Origin: the human T2T-CHM13v2.0 reference genome, Homo sapiens
Length of the DNA stretch: 64,000 bases
Assembly (NCBI RefSeq): GCF_009914755.1
Contig: NC_060926.1
Strand: one strand, 5' to 3'
Position numbers and translations under genes: made by a program. The first letter of the stretch is position 1. Each line of letters starts with the position of its first letter. The notes under the pieces were generated by a model. It worked only from the letters and a program-made list of their open reading frames with translations, had not been told where the DNA came from and did no database searches. Shown piece after piece: positions 12,291-26,454 of the stretch.

Positions 12291-13859
12291 AATGTTCTCA
12301 TTTGAAGAAATTGAAATCATAACACCATAAAAATAATGCATAATGATTATTTAAGGGCACAACTCTCTTCTGCATATATTTTCAATAAGGATTTATAGGA
12401 TCTCTAGCCCAAATTTTTTTTCTTTTTTCACTGAGAAATTTGCTTTGTCAGTTCCCAGTTATTTTGGTGAGCACTTCCTTAGGGTCAGACACTGAGGGTC
12501 ACAGAGAGGACTGGGACAAGATGCCTAACTCTAGCGATCTTGACACCTTATAATGTGGTCAATTTGATATAGTAAGGAAGATCTTTTAGCGGGAAGAGGC
12601 CAGTCAATTCAACTGGATTAGAACCTATGGGGTCCTGAAGAAATGTATTTGAAGGAATCCCAGAGATTCATAATAAGAATATTTGCACCAATGAGTCTTG
12701 AAGTTAGTTCACTGCCTATCTGTGGCCATATTGGACCAGAAAAATGCCCTTCTTTTACAGAAGGAAGCAGAGTTAGGTGCTACTTCCATGAATGCACTGA
12801 CTACCTAGTGGTTCTCTTGGATCTGTATTTCCAGAGCAGCCCTTAAATCCCTACTTCTGGTATCTCTTCATTCTTTGGCTCCTTCGTTCTTTAGAAAGTG
12901 AGAGCTTGCCTTGAAAACACCAGACAGCGGCAGGCCAATTCTTTTGGCTGGTAGGAAAGTGCACAATGTATCTGATCATCAGTTTCTTATAGGGACAAGC
13001 TAACTTTGCTTGTGGATAGATTGACAGAGTTCTGCTTCTCAAACTCATGCTACTGATCTCCCTTGTTGTGATTCCCCTGGGCTCAGAAACTCTCCTGCCT
13101 CCATCCTCTTATAGAAAAAAAAGTTCATCTGGCTTCCTATGATAAGCAGAGCCTTTCATGCTGGTTTGCCATGGTCTATGATAGAGCCCTGACATTGCTT
13201 GTTAAAACTCACAAGGGTGAGAGCACAAACGTGTCAGTCAGCCCTGAGAGACATGATTACACATGGGCTCTTTCCTTTTGGTCTCCCTATATCCTGTGGG
13301 GTGGAGGGGGTAAGCCATTCACATAATTCACATCACTGAGTGCACAGTACAGAATGTGAAGAGGAAGCAGCGGCTATAGAGATTCAGAGGAAGGAGATAT
13401 ATGTCCCGTTAGAGACATAAGAGGCTTAAAGGAGCAGGTAACACATAGGACGTGTAGGATTCTAATGAACGGGAGTAATAGAAAAAATGTGGAGAAATGC
13501 CCTAGGTATCCCTTTCCTATAGGGATCAGGTGGCCTCTGGGATGGGATGGGAGGCCTACATCATTGGGGTACTTGAGACTCATGTGTCACCAAAATATAC
13601 CTGAAAACATATGATTGTTCTGTAAAGCCATTTTGGGGCAGAAGAACACGAAGATGGAGGTATATAGAACCTGAGATGTGTACATCACTGGGGTCTGGAA
13701 GATAGGTAGGTTTACAATGGCTCCTTGTCAATGGTAATAAGAAAAGAGAAGCCTGTAGGGTTTTCAGGGACTTTTAATAGAAAATCAGAAACAACAGGGT
13801 TGTTGCTCAATAAATCTGAGATTCTGATTGTATCTTTCCCAACCATGGCTCAAGCATAT

Positions 13860-14580
13860 TTTCTCTCAACCATAACCTCTTCCTGGAATGCCCTTCATTG
13901 TCTCTGTTTATATCCTGCTTATCCTTCAATGCCCTATCAAAGTGCACCTTCATTGAGTCCCTACAGGAGTGATGTGCTCATCCTATGAGCTCCTATAGCT
14001 TTTCATACTTCTTTTATGTCTAGCATTATTTATGTATTACCTTGTGGTCACTTGATGATTTCATATGTTCCATGTCCCCTGTATTAGGCCATTCTTGCTT
14101 TGCTATAAAGAGACACCCAAGACTGAGTAATTTATAAGAAAAGAGGTTTAATTGGGTCATGATTCTGCAGGCTGTACAGGAAGCACAGCAGTAGCATCTG
14201 CTTCTAGGGAGGCCTCAGGAAGCTTTTACTGATGGCTGTAGGCAAAGTGAGAGCAGGCACGTCATATGGCCAGGGCAGGTGCAAGAGAGAGTGGAGAGGG
14301 GCAGGTGCTGCACTTTACAACAACCAGATCTCATGAGAACTCACTCACTCTGGTGAGGACAGCACCAAGACATTCATGAGGGATCTGCCCCCACAACCCA
14401 AACACCTTCCACCGGGCCCCATCTCCAACATTGGGGAGCACATTTCAACATGAGATTTGAAGGGGACATCCAAACTGTATCATCTCCTAATAGAATGTAA
14501 GCTCTGTGGTCCCATCACTTAGGAAGCACCATGCTGAAAATAAATTAATTGTGCAATTTGTTGAGTAAGTAATGAATGAA
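13860..14580 (+). mobile_element. L2 3' fragment split by the MST LTR
   Basis: cctggaatgccctt before the LTR; tagaatgtaagctc...aatgaatgaa after it. Confidence 0.6.
14080..14482 (-). mobile_element. MSTA/MSTB MaLR solo LTR, full length
   Basis: TG...CA ends (tgtattaggccattcttgc...catccaaactgtatca); 5-bp TSD tcccc/tctcc with one mismatch. Confidence 0.92.
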
Positions 14581-14604
14581 TATTTAGATAGATTTTTGTC
14601 AAGA

Positions 14605-15279
14605 TCAGTGGTGACATTTCTACTTCTTAAGGGTGTTTTGGAAATTTATGGGGGCCACTTTGGTTATCACAATGATTGGAAGGGGGTCACTGACATTTGC
14701 TGGACATGAATCAGATATGCTAGATACCCTGCAGTATGTGATACGGTCCTGCACATTGAGTAATCCCATGGCTCACCTGATTTTCAAATAATCCTTCACA
14801 TATTCAGGTAGATGAAAAACATATCCATAATTATTTGAGCCTAGAAACAAACTCCAGTCTACATATAAACACAAAGTTTATTTTGCACTATTTTACTAGA
14901 CACTGAATTTTCCAGGAATGTGAGCATTATGTAAATTGAGAGAAAATTCTATTCTGTTTTGTTTGAAATTTTAGCAAGTGTTGTTCACCATTTTGGAACA
15001 TTCCATCACCGAGAGCAGTGCTACTGATAATAAATGCAGTATGCCTGTATTTGTAGAGGTTTCTTTTGGGGGAAGCCATCTAACTGCTTTATGTGTTCTT
15101 GAGTAGGCATTAACTTACTAAAATACATGTTATTTTGTTATAAATTACATTATTTCTGTTTTCTTTTATATTATCATTAGGATATTTTACTATTTTAAAA
15201 TTGTGCATAGGAAAGTTATATTGAATTTCGTTTTACGATTGTAAACGACAGTTAGGTCTGATAAGTTTGAAAACTGCTG
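14605..15279. mobile_element. MER20/MER20B-like hAT-Charlie DNA transposon
   Basis: cagtgg start, tttggttatcacaatgattgg...gatatgctagataccctgcag, end tttgaaaactgctg. Confidence 0.65.
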
Positions 15280-15622
15280 ATCCAGATTATCAGGTTTCTA
15301 TCTATTAACCATGGGGCACTTGGGTGCCCTTCTGCAATTCGAGAAATGTGGGTTAAAGTATTCTCAATGAAAATAAACCCAATTCACACCAACAGCCTCA
15401 AATAAAAGTTGACATTTCAACATGGCTGGATGGCTCTCTGAGGAGTTGTTTGCAGTATAATTGTTGAAAGTCACATGATGAATTGAAAATTTTCCAAAAT
15501 GTTAAAAGATGACCAAAACATTTAACCCAACCTCAGTCCATCCTTTAAGCCCTCCCCACTCTCATTTTCGGGACTGGCCTTATGATTCTTGCAGGACTGG
15601 CATGCTTGTCACCTATTAGGAG

Positions 15623-15808
15623 AGTGGTTCTCACACTTCAGCCAGTATCAGAATCAATGGGAGGCTAATTAAAATATAGATTATTGGGCTGTGTCCCCAG
15701 AGTTTCTGATTCAGTATGTCTGAGGTTGAGCTTAAGCTTTTTAATTTTAACAAGTTCTCTGGTGATGCTGATGCTGGCAGTCAGGGGCCCACACATTTGA
15801 AAACCACG
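15623..15808. mobile_element. MER5A (hAT-Charlie)
   Basis: agtggttctca...ccccagagtttctgattcagta...ggtgatgctgatgctg...tttgaaaaccac. Confidence 0.85.
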
Positions 15809-15989
15809 TAGTAGATGCTAGAAATGAATATTTTCCCCTGCCTTGCTCCAATATGGTTTTAAGCCAGGGGATATACTGTTGAAAGGAGAAAAAAAAAAAA
15901 AGAGAGAAACATGGAACCAGCAATGAGTCTAAAACAAATATGTGAATCCTAGAATCTCATATATTTGCTGTGGGGATTTGGGTGAGCTG

Positions 15990-16298
15990 TTTTTTATTTG
16001 TTTGTTTGTTTGTTTTGAGATGGAGTCACGCTCTGTCATCCAGGCTGGAGTGCAGTGGCGCGATCTCGGCTCACTGCAACCTCTGCCTCCCGGGGTTCAG
16101 GCAGTTCCCCTGCCTCAGCCTCCCAACTAGCTGGGCCTACAGGTGCATGCCACCATGCCCAGTTAATTTTTTGTATTTTTAGTAGAAACAGGGTTTCACC
16201 GTGTTAGCCAGGATGGTCTTGATCTCATGACCTTGTGATCAGCCCGACTCGGCCTCCCAAAGTGCTGGGATTACAGGCGTGAGCCACCGCGCCCGGCC
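15990..16298 (-). mobile_element. Full-length Alu (AluSc/Y-type)
   Basis: Complete antisense Alu with ccgtgttagccaggatggtc and an (AAAC)n-type tail. Confidence 0.97.
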
Positions 16299-17129
16299 AG
16301 TTTTTTTTTTAAGTCTCTACTTCCAGACTTAGTGCATGTTTCTATAAAAATTTCCTAAAGCACTGGAAAAGAACCACTAGCTTATTAAAAACTTCTGCAT
16401 GGGACAGTGTTCCCATGGCCAGCCTGTGGAGCGCAAATATGGTGGTTCATTATAACATCATTTTAAAAGTTAAATACACACACATATGCACATACATGTG
16501 CAAACTCATATGCAACAGATTGAGTCGTGTACTTCAGGTTGGACAATTGTGTCAGAGCCATTTAATTTTAAGTAAATGACTTTAATTAGAAGCCCCTCCA
16601 CCATTCTAACTTCCTCTGTTAATGTGGTTCATTTTTTCCCTAGTGGATACTTAACTACAAAACAAACTGATGGGCAGTGGAGGAGATCGCCAGCTCAAAC
16701 CTTCTTCCCAAAGAAGCAAGACAGAATTCCATGTTATTTATTTTCCTTTAAAAAATCAAGTCTAATAGTCACAGTGAATCCTTTACACACGACCAAGCTA
16801 TTCTTCGTTTCTTATTGTCTCCTACAGTGTTTATTTTAATGTTCTTTCATGTGTAAAATTTTCCAGAAAATTTAGTACTTAATATTCTGGTGGTGTCCAG
16901 TACAAGTTTTGTTTCCCCACTGAGACGGTAAGTGATTCAAGGGCAAAGTCTATGCCTTACACCATTTCTTTGTCTTCCAGTGTGGAGCCCACACTACTGC
17001 TAGATAGAGCCATAGCTCTTCATGTGGGGTAGGGGTGAGACAATGCATCAGAATCACACTGGGAGCTTTTGAAAACTGCACACACCAGTTATAACCCACA
17101 GAAAGGCCCACAGTAATTCTTAAGATACT

Positions 17130-17865
17130 AGATTTTGAAAAGGCAGCTTACAATTAACACTGGAAATATAAATATGACTAAAAATCAAAAGGGAAGAAAG
17201 TAAACTGCCAACGTATGTACATGGTATAATATGTTGTATAGAAAACCCTTTGAAATTATCAGATGAACAATTAGAACTAATAAGACAGATCCGCGGTGTT
17301 CCTAGATATGAGAACAATTTACAGAAATCAATAACCTTCCTCTGTAATAGTCAACTGGAAAATAACACTAGAAAATAAGATACTGATAATGGGCATAAAT
17401 ATACAAAACACCCAGAAATTAACCTAATGAAGAATTGCAGAAGTCCTTTAGAGAATATATTTAAAACAATATTAAGGGACGTAAAAAATCTGGATAAATG
17501 GAGAGAGTCATGTTCAGGGATGGGAATGACTTGACATTAGATATAAGTCAAATCTCCCCAAATTAATCCATGAGTCCTCAATCAGTATTCAATTTAGATT
17601 CTTTTGAAGATTTTGACAGACTTCCAAAAACTTATGTTAGGTTTATAAATAAGTCAGCTTCAAAAAGTGGAGCAAAGAGAAAGAGAAACAGAATAGAAGA
17701 CTCATAAACCAATGCTTGTAAATATGGGAACTTGGTCTATGATAAAGACAGCACCACACAATTAATAGGTAAGTGATGAAGTATTTTGTAGCCAATAATG
17801 GGGATACTGGCTTACTTATTTGGTGGAAAAAAAGATGAACTCCTACATTGAAATCATATAAAATG
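17130..17865 (+). mobile_element. Ancient L1 ORF2 fragment
   Basis: gttgtatagaaaaccc, attagaactaataa, cagaaatcaata and tctccccaaattaatc are degraded ORF2 motifs. Confidence 0.7.
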
Positions 17866-17869
17866 TTTG

Positions 17870-18480
17870 TGTCATTTACTTATTGAATACCCTATAATAT
17901 GCCAAACACTTCCCTAGATTTGGAGAAAATAGGAATGAGCAAAGCAGACAAAGACCCTGCTGTCCTGCAGCTTTCATGCTGATTGGGTTCTGTGGACAGT
18001 TAACATACGCTTACACAATATATTTATGTGCACACACATAGTACTTCGGTTTTCCCAGGTCAAGGTGCTATAAAGAAAACAAAATCAAGATAAAAGAATA
18101 GGGTGAGATGATCTTTTAAATAAGGAAGGCCTATCTGAGAAGGTGACAATTAGGCAGAAATGTTAACAAAAAGAAGCAGGATGTGAAGCAACCTGGGAAA
18201 AGGGCATTCTGGGTGGAAAAAACAAGTGACTGGACAGGCCCTTTGACAGGGAGGAGCTTGCTTGGCTCTTTGAGGAACAGCACAGAGGCCAATGGGGTGA
18301 AGCCAAATGAATGAGCAAGTGGGAGTGCATCAGGAGAGCAGTGGGTGAGGGCTGCATGGTTGAGACTGGGAGCTGGAGAGTGAGCTGGAGGAAGGTAAGG
18401 GACTAAGAAAATCCAGGAGTGGAGACATAAGGTTTCTCTAAATGTGAGGGTATGGGAGTGACACATCTAACTCCCCTTCA
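17870..18480 (-). mobile_element. L2a fragment
   Basis: ttattgaatacc...gcaaagcagacaaagaccctgc...ggaaggcctatctgagaaggtgaca. Confidence 0.75.
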
Positions 18481-21400
18481 GGAAGGCTGTAAGATTCCAG
18501 TTGACAGGTGGTAATTCCCATGCATGCCTTGGACTGATATATATATCAGAGATTCCATAGGATTGCATAAAAATGCATTTATTTTTCTCATCAAAATTGC
18601 CTTTTGGTTCACAGAGAGCTATCCCTGAATGGACTTCCAGGAGTTCTTTCTTTCATTCTTTTTACACCCATTGTCTATGGTGCAAGCATCCTGGCTTTTA
18701 GCGGGCTCTGGGACAAGGAAACAATATACTACCTGCTTCTTGGAAGGGCAGGGATAGAGCCACGCCATCCAGGCTTAGAGCTCTTTCAAGTCTGTAAAAT
18801 TTCGCTTATTATACTAAATGCCACACTCAGCATAATTTTCATCTTTCACTATTCTGAAAGATACCCTTCCCAGATAGGATAGAGGCAGGAATAAAAGCAG
18901 TGAAGGGGATTTGAAACTCTGTCCTTCTACCTTCTTTCCCACTGAAAAATTCACCAAGGGGAAGATGACTCATACTTCCCCATGGAAATGCAGAGAGAGA
19001 ATATGGGGCAACACTCTGGTCCACATATGAGGCAATCTCTGTCACATCCAGAGGGATTTTCCATTGGGGCTAGATATGGTGAGTGCCACCAAGCATGGGG
19101 AGAGCTTGGCATACAAAAGAGAGAATCAAAAGGCAGGTCCTCGCAGCAGGCGCTGGGACATCTGTATCCTCAAGTGTTCAGGAAGGCTGGTTAATTACTA
19201 CAATCTTGTGTCAACAGTTGCCTTGGAGACTAGCAGCAATCACAACATGTTTGCTTTCCCAAGGAAGTGGTGTCATAGGGAAATGAAAGAGGGATGTCAA
19301 TTATTTTATTTGCATATTAAAGAAAAGAATTACCCCAGAATTGGAAAGCTTGGGGGCTTTTCAGTAAGATATAGAAATACATTGTTTTCCATCTGGTGTC
19401 TTGTGCACCAACCATGCTCACTGCTCACTGTCTGTCATGCTAGCCTATCCTTTTCTGTCTCTTGGCTTTTGTGTATGTGAAAACTTTGCCTTTGGTTGTT
19501 TATACTTTGCTTGGAACAGAAACAGTCACAATAAAGAAGTATAGAGGGAGAGATCTTAAAATCGGGTGCTTGGGAGACTATCTTGCTGCTCTGGTCACGC
19601 TAAAGTGGGTAGAGAGAGGTGGTTCTAAAAAGTAGTTGAATGTCCTTGGGCACCCAGTGGTGAGGCCCTGGAGCAAAATAGGGGAAATTTTGACTGATTC
19701 CCTTAATGCCCTCCCCATCCTAAAAATGTGGATTTCAGGGCTCAGCCTTAGGACTGGAAAAGGCCAATTTGAGATTGGTCAGACTTGAGCACCTCGCAAA
19801 CAGCTATCGCAAGCCAAGTCACTGTTGCCCAGAAAGGAAATTAGCGTTTATCACATTTCAGTGAAAATGATGTGGCCCAGTTAATTTAGATTTCCTTTCA
19901 TTTACAATAGACTTAAAATCCTATTTAGCTATAATCCAGCCATTGTAAAATTGGTTACAAGGATCCTAATTTTCTGAGATATTGAAGCCCCCCGTTCTAT
20001 CACAGCATCTTGATTTTATCCGTTTTCATCCATCGTTAAATTTCTTATGGCTGAGAATGCCAGAGGTGACCTACCTTTCCAATCCGCTGCTGCATTCAGC
20101 AGTAACTGGATTGAGATTGGAAACATTTATTTTATTCAGTGCCTTATCTGTTCTTTTCCACTGTTTTAAACACTACTGAGGGTCAGACTGAAAATCCTTC
20201 TCTGATTCTAACTGTAATCAAGCGGGAAATGGTTTTATTTTATTTTAAACTAATATGGAGCCTAAGAAGAAAGAATCATTTCATACAGTGGCATTGAATG
20301 GCCCATTCCGCCATTGCTTAAAATGTACAGTTTTGCATATCTTATCATCAAGCCTACATTTACATGACCTTTAACATTGAAAATTTATCTGACCTTTTTC
20401 CCCATTTAAATTGATGTGTTTCTCATTTGGGAGCCTGTTAAAACCTTACCATCTTTAGGGGTCTACAATCACAAGTGATCTCTCCTCTTCATGTGAATTC
20501 CTGCTGCTCTGAATGTCTGTGTCACCTGTGCAATCTATCCATCCACAGCATGATGTCCTTAGCTTACTTCTGTGTGAGTCTTGCCTCCCATACTAAGTGG
20601 GCACTTTGTGGAGGCTCACTATGGCTCAAGCTGCTCCATCTGTTTCACCTAGATGATGGAGAGCACCTGCTGATGGATACAGTCCAACAAGAGGAAGCCT
20701 TGTGTGTGCAAGAGTCTGGACTTTTCTGAGTTCCTGGCATTAAGATCTTGAACATGTTAGTTAGAGACTCCTACGAGGAACTTCTTGCTCCTCAGTCCCT
20801 CCAGTTCCCTCTAGGCCTTAATGCCTTCCAGAGAGATTGCAGTGGGCTCAGCCACTCCAGATATGAAGTACAATGTGGTCTGGGAGGTGTGGATGGCTGA
20901 GAAGGTGTGGAGGTGGGCGATGGTAGAGTGGGAGCTGCTGTGTCTTATAGTCTGTACTGAGCTCACTGTTTTCCCAGGCCTCACTGTTTTCCTTCCCTGT
21001 AGACCAGGGTTTGACTCTGCCTTGAACACTCTTCCTCCTCTCTGCCCTCCCTGCATAGTGGCCACTTAACAGCTTTCCTCTGGAGCCATCTGCAAAGAGA
21101 TGGGAAAGACAGGACTGGAGCATTTTCTAGAGAATGTGGGTTGCTCTGATTCAGAGAAGGAGACAGGACAGGAGGCAGTGCTAGTGATCCTGACCTTGGT
21201 GCTCAAACTTATAGTGACTTAGGGAGGTGGCGTGCCACCTAGGCACAGTTCTGCCCCCAGCCATGCATCAGTGAGTAAAGGCTGACTCAACATATACCTT
21301 CAGCCTGCTCTGTTGGAGGCATGAGAGCTTAGGGCATGGAGACTTGTCCCCTATGGCCCCTGCATTTGAGTTGCTGAACCCTCTACCTAGGAGGACTGAA

Positions 21401-22419
21401 CTTAAGCCCAGTGCTGGCCTTCATATCTCCTAAGACACATGAGCTTTGAGCCCCATCACTCAAAGAAGAGGAAATCTCTGTGGCATTCCAGTGTGTAGAA
21501 TGAGGACACAGAAGGATCAGAGAAGGCTTCTAGGTAAAAAGGAACTTTATTTGTTAATGGACTTGGAAAATGTCCTTCCTATTAGCCAGAATGTACAAAA
21601 GCTGAAAATTTTCTTTCTTTGAGAAGGTGGAGGGAAGGATGATACCAATACAGTGTGGCACGAACTACACTGTGGAGGGCAGGAGATGCTGTGTGAGCTC
21701 CAGGCAGGCTCTTCATCAGCTGGGGGGGCTTCCCGGGGCTGAAGAGACAGAAAGCATGGAAAAGAATGACAAGGCACTTTTCCTATTCAAACTTATTAAG
21801 AATTCTAGCCAGTGTGCTCACAGAAAGAATGGCTCACTGTTTGAGAAAGTTTGGGTCAAGCGTTTTTTTCTCTTTTGTTTTCCAAAGTCAAATAGGCCTC
21901 TGATGATGATTTTCTAAAGAAGGGAACTTCTGGGGCTCTCTCTGGCCTTAATCACACTTTATTGTAGAAAATACATGGATGGAGGAGCTAAATAGCAGCC
22001 TCGGCTGCCCCTCATTGCTTCCCCAGTTCCATGGGTGCTGGACAACTGTGATTGAAGCCTTTTGCCAAGGAGGCCTTCATGCGGGGACCATAGCTCCCTT
22101 CTTTCCCCTTGTCCATGCCTTTCATTCTAAATGGCACACAGGGTGGGGAAAGAGCTGGGAAGAGGGAGCCCTCCTCTGGACACAGGCTTGACCTGACCTG
22201 GGCTCTGGCTCACCTTTTGTTCTCCTTTGCCCACTGAGGAGCTCTTGGGTTCTTTTCAGGAAACCTGTCATTTCTCCTTCCATCAGCAACCAGCCCCATT
22301 CCTCAACATTGGCTTAAAAAGCGGTGCCAGCAGGCTCAGCACCAGAGGGCAGAGAAAGTGGCCTCAGGACCACTTTATTGCTCCAGCTAGCCCTGGGGGT
22401 TCCCTATCTGAGGAACACT

Positions 22420-22860
22420 GAGACTCCGTGTGTGATGGATGTGGAGTCCCTTCTGAGTAATCTGATAGGACTGGAGAAGAGAGAGAGTTCAGGCTCCATC
22501 TGACCTAATCACTCAAAATCACCTGTCTTCTAAGCCCCCTATACCTAGAGGAGTCGGCTCCCCAAGCTTTGAGGAGTAAGGACAAGCTGGCCAGGAAACC
22601 CTGGTGTAGCCGAGGAAAGTGGCAGTGTGTGCCCCCTCCCCCTGCTTGATGGCAGTACAACTGAGCAACTCCTACTGCATAGTTGTGTGGACCAAAGTAA
22701 CTGTGTGCTGTCAGCAGAGGGTGACCGTCCCCTCTCTCCTGGACTACTATGGAGCAGCCTGTTGGCAAGGGGTCCAGGGAAGCCATACTACACCACTAAG
22801 GAGAAAGGAGCTCATAGTCAGACCCAACAGAGAATTTCTCTTTTTATGACACAGACTTTC
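22420..22860. mobile_element. Possible very old LTR (Gypsy/ERVL-like) remnant
   Basis: General resemblance only; family not secure. Confidence 0.25.
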
Positions 22861-23789
22861 CTCCTTTGACTTTTTGCCACTGAGCCTTGCTGTAGCTCAG
22901 AGATGTTCTAAAGATAGGCCATCGGAGATAAAGGTAACATCTGAAGTCATAGGTCAAGAGCTCCTGTGTGTGCTTCACCAGGGGCACCAAAATCTTAGCT
23001 CTGCACAAAGCTCTCTTCCTCAATTTTCACTGAACCCTCTGTCAGCTTATATGGCAACAACTTACAAATGGTGAAACTGAGACCCCAGAATTGGGATTAA
23101 CAACTTGGATGTTATTTAAAAGAAGAGCTGGTGTTCAGCCACGTGACCTCTGTCCCATTCATCTTTATACCTTTGCCTCTGGAAGGCCTCATGCTCTGTA
23201 GCCATAAGAAAATGATCTTACTTCTTTGAACTTCATCTGTAAAGTGGGGTGACCCTTCACAGGGTCTTCAGAGGAGTAGATCAAAATACAATATTTTGCA
23301 TGGTGCCTGGCACACAGCAAGCCCTTCAGAAAATGGCAGATATTAATGTAAGGCTTTGATCATGAGGATTAGATGACTCTGGCTGCTCCTTGGGGCTGAG
23401 AAACCACAGCCTGTAAGGATAGTGGAGGAGAGCCCATAGGAAGGTCTGGCCCCGTGATATTTGACATTATTATCTTACCGTCTCTGGTGGCCAGAGTTGC
23501 TACAAAGATGATTCACCTTAGTCCAGCGCAAAGGCTGCCCGAGCTTCTGGTTTGTATTCTACTGGGGCCTGGAACAAAGCCAGGAAGACACAATGAAGGA
23601 TGTTTCCCTTTGTGTCCACAGCTGCTTCCTGGTTACAATGGGCCATTGTTGTGCTAGGCCACAATGGAAGGGAAGTGGAACTGATTGGCTAATGATTCTG
23701 TCTCATGTCTTGGGCCTCAGAGGCTCTGCTCTGTCAGGGGCATCTGAGGTTTTAGGAACTTGTCTCAAACAGTAAGTTAGTTATTACCG

Positions 23790-24257
23790 ACTGGTAGATG
23801 GATTATTGATCTTAACTCATTTCTCCTTTCCTGTAGTAGAATGATATATTCATGGGCTTTTCATGTGACTTTGGAATACCTCCCACTGGAACAGGAATAT
23901 ATATCCTGTTGATGGCGGTCATGGCTTTAACCATGGATGTTAGGATACATGATATAAGCAGAGGTTTTCAATATGCTTTGGTTATTTGGCTTGGCCTCTT
24001 GCATTTCTGCATCTGCCATAAGAAAAACATGCCTTGGCTGATTTCTGGTCCATGGAATGAGGAGACATATGGAGCACACCTGAACTCAATTCTTAGTTCA
24101 GATCCAAGCCTTGCTGAGCCCAGTTGAGATCAGCTAAATCCTAGCCTACCTGCAGATCCGTGAGGGAGAAAAATGAATGTTTATTGTTGTAAGCCCAATG
24201 AGATCTGGGGATTGTTTGCCATGCCTCATTATTTTGAAGCAATAGCTGATGAATGCA
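23790..24257 (+). mobile_element. MLT1 (MLT1I/J-like) solo LTR
   Basis: ttggcttggcctcttgc, ctgccataagaaaaacatgcc and the end aatgtttattgttgtaagcc...gcaatagctgatgaatgca. Confidence 0.8.
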
Positions 24258-24741
24258 CTGACACACGGACTCTCTACTAGAGAAGGGATCAGCAGGAGAA
24301 TCTGATGGCTCCAGGCTGGCCAATGTAAGTCCCTTGGAGAGGGACCCAGACTTTTCTGGACCAGGATGGCTGAGATTACCTTTTCCCCAAGAGGAGACTG
24401 TAGAGAGCCCCGGCTGGGCATGGCTTATCCCCTTTTGTGCTCCCAGCACCCAACCTGGTGCCCTACTCTGAGTATGTAAATGATAAATGTATGTTAAATC
24501 TTATTGAAATGAAGTGAAACATAGCCAGGCTGAAGAGGCTTGATTTCCCAAATTAGGGCTTTCTGTAGGAGCATCCAAGATGCAAATCAGAGAAGAGTCT
24601 GCGAAAAGGGCAGGCCTAGTCCTTCCAGGGGAAGGCCAATGCCAGGAGAACTTTTAGAAATGTCCTGAACCCATGAACATCGTTGTAGCTTTTGCTCTCT
24701 GAGGGTTGCTACAGAATATGCCTAGAAATATATCATTTTCT

Positions 24742-25130
24742 GGCTCAATTTGTCCAGACTGCTCTAACAGAAAAACAGAATAACATGGACTAGGTGGCTT
24801 AAACAACAGAAATGTATCTCTCACAGTTCGGAGATTGGAAAGTTTGAGATCAGGGCACTAGTATGGTCAGGTTCTGGTGAGGGCCCTCTTCCCGGTTTGC
24901 AGAGGACTTTTCTCTGGCTCTTCCCTTACATGGTGGAGAGCAGAGAGAAACAGAGAGAAAATAAACTCTCTTTTATCTCTTCTAAGGGTTACTTATCCCA
25001 TACATGAGGACACCAACCTCAGGACCTAATCGCCTCTCAAAGGCCCCACCTTCTAATTCCATCACACTTGGGATTAGGTTTCCTCATAGGAATTTTGGAG
25101 GTGGAGAATACAAATATTCAGATCATAGCA
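24742..25130 (-). mobile_element. MLT1A-like MaLR solo LTR
   Basis: ggtggcttaaacaacagaaatgtatctctcacagtt, ggttctggtgagggccctctt, aaggccccaccttctaat, attcagatcatagca. Confidence 0.85.
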
Positions 25131-25964
25131 ATTTCCTGTCTAGAAACAACTCTTGATCATGCCATTAAATGTCTGCCTCCTTCCTTTTTCTGTCCTCCCT
25201 TCCCGACTTCCCTGAGAAGACAGCAGACCCCACTGTGATGTTTCATCCCAGCAAAGGCTGGCTGTCAGCTGATCCTTATTTACCTTATTCCATAAGAATG
25301 TGAGAAATAAACCTTCTCAGAGACAGTTGTGTTTTTAAAGGAGATTCCCAGAGTTGAAAAAATCTTCTCTTGGCAAATAAATGACTCACTGATGATAGAG
25401 TATCAAACACTATGTTAGACTGTCACTATTTTCTGGTAGAAAGTTCTGTGTGCTCGCCTACCCTTCCACCCCACTCCCCCTGTAGAGTTTCCCTAAATCC
25501 TCCTGTATTAGGGCAAAGCCTGCTCATTTGCTTCTGTCACTTCTTTTCCTCTGTGATTTGGACGAGGCAGAGAGGTAGGCAATGAATTGTACAAGCTGAT
25601 TCTATTTAGAATTACTGGGGGCCTCGGTGCACGTGTTTGTAAGAGTGCCTGTTTGCCCTGACACTGCACTGTTGGAAAGTAAGAGGATACCCTGGGACTT
25701 CTCCAGGGGGTGGGACTCCAGAGCCTGCTTTCTGCTGCCTCATTAAGCCAGCCAGTCCTGATGCCTAAATGCGCATCACTCCATCCTCTTCCTTTAGCCA
25801 CCTCCTCAAGGGAGTGGGCATTTCAGGTTACTGTTTCCAGGGGAAGGCTGACTAAAATTAATGAAGGCTTTTCATTTTGGAATAGCTGGGTTACTTTCTG
25901 ATAGCTGCAAGAAAGCAGCAGAAGACTGGGAATGTCAGGTGGCAGGGGCCTAAGACTGGGTGTC

Positions 25965-26105
25965 CGAGGGCTGGAACCTCAGTGTTCTCATCTGGGAATT
26001 ACAGAAAATAAAAATTTGTCTCACAGGATTGTTGTGAGGCTCCAGTGAGATGGAGTGTGTGAAACCCCTCTGAGTGACAGAATTCTGTAGAGATATGAGT
26101 TGTTA
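25965..26105 (+). mobile_element. MIR fragment
   Basis: cctcagtgttctcatctg...tcacaggattgttgtgagg. Confidence 0.65.
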
Positions 26106-26204
26106 ACAGATTGATTATAGTGATGAATATGGTGTATTAAATAAGTGATGAAGTTTACTTCATCTTCCTCCTGCCAGATCTGTAGTGTCATGAGGCAAAG
26201 TGCC

Positions 26205-26425
26205 AGCCAAGCAGGGACGCTCTGGCATCAGACAGCTTGGGTTCTAATCCTGGCTCCACCACCCACTAGCTGTGTGATCTTGGGAAAGTGACTTCATCTC
26301 TCTGTGCGTAAGTGTCTCCATCTGTAGAATGGGGAAAATAGTAGTACCTACTATCTATGGTGGTTTTCAGGTTTAAGTGAGTTAATACCTAAAAAGTATT
26401 TAAACAGTGCATGGCACACACATAC
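26205..26425 (+). mobile_element. MIR
   Basis: gggttctaatcctggctccacc...ctagctgtgtgatcttgggaaagtgactt...catctgtagaatgggg. Confidence 0.85.
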
Positions 26426-26454
26426 TTTCAAAAGATGTCTGCTATTTTGTTTTA

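Noticed and set aside
20962-20992. ctcactgttttcc repeated with a 5-bp spacer
   Set aside because: This is an ordinary decayed short tandem duplication with only two units.
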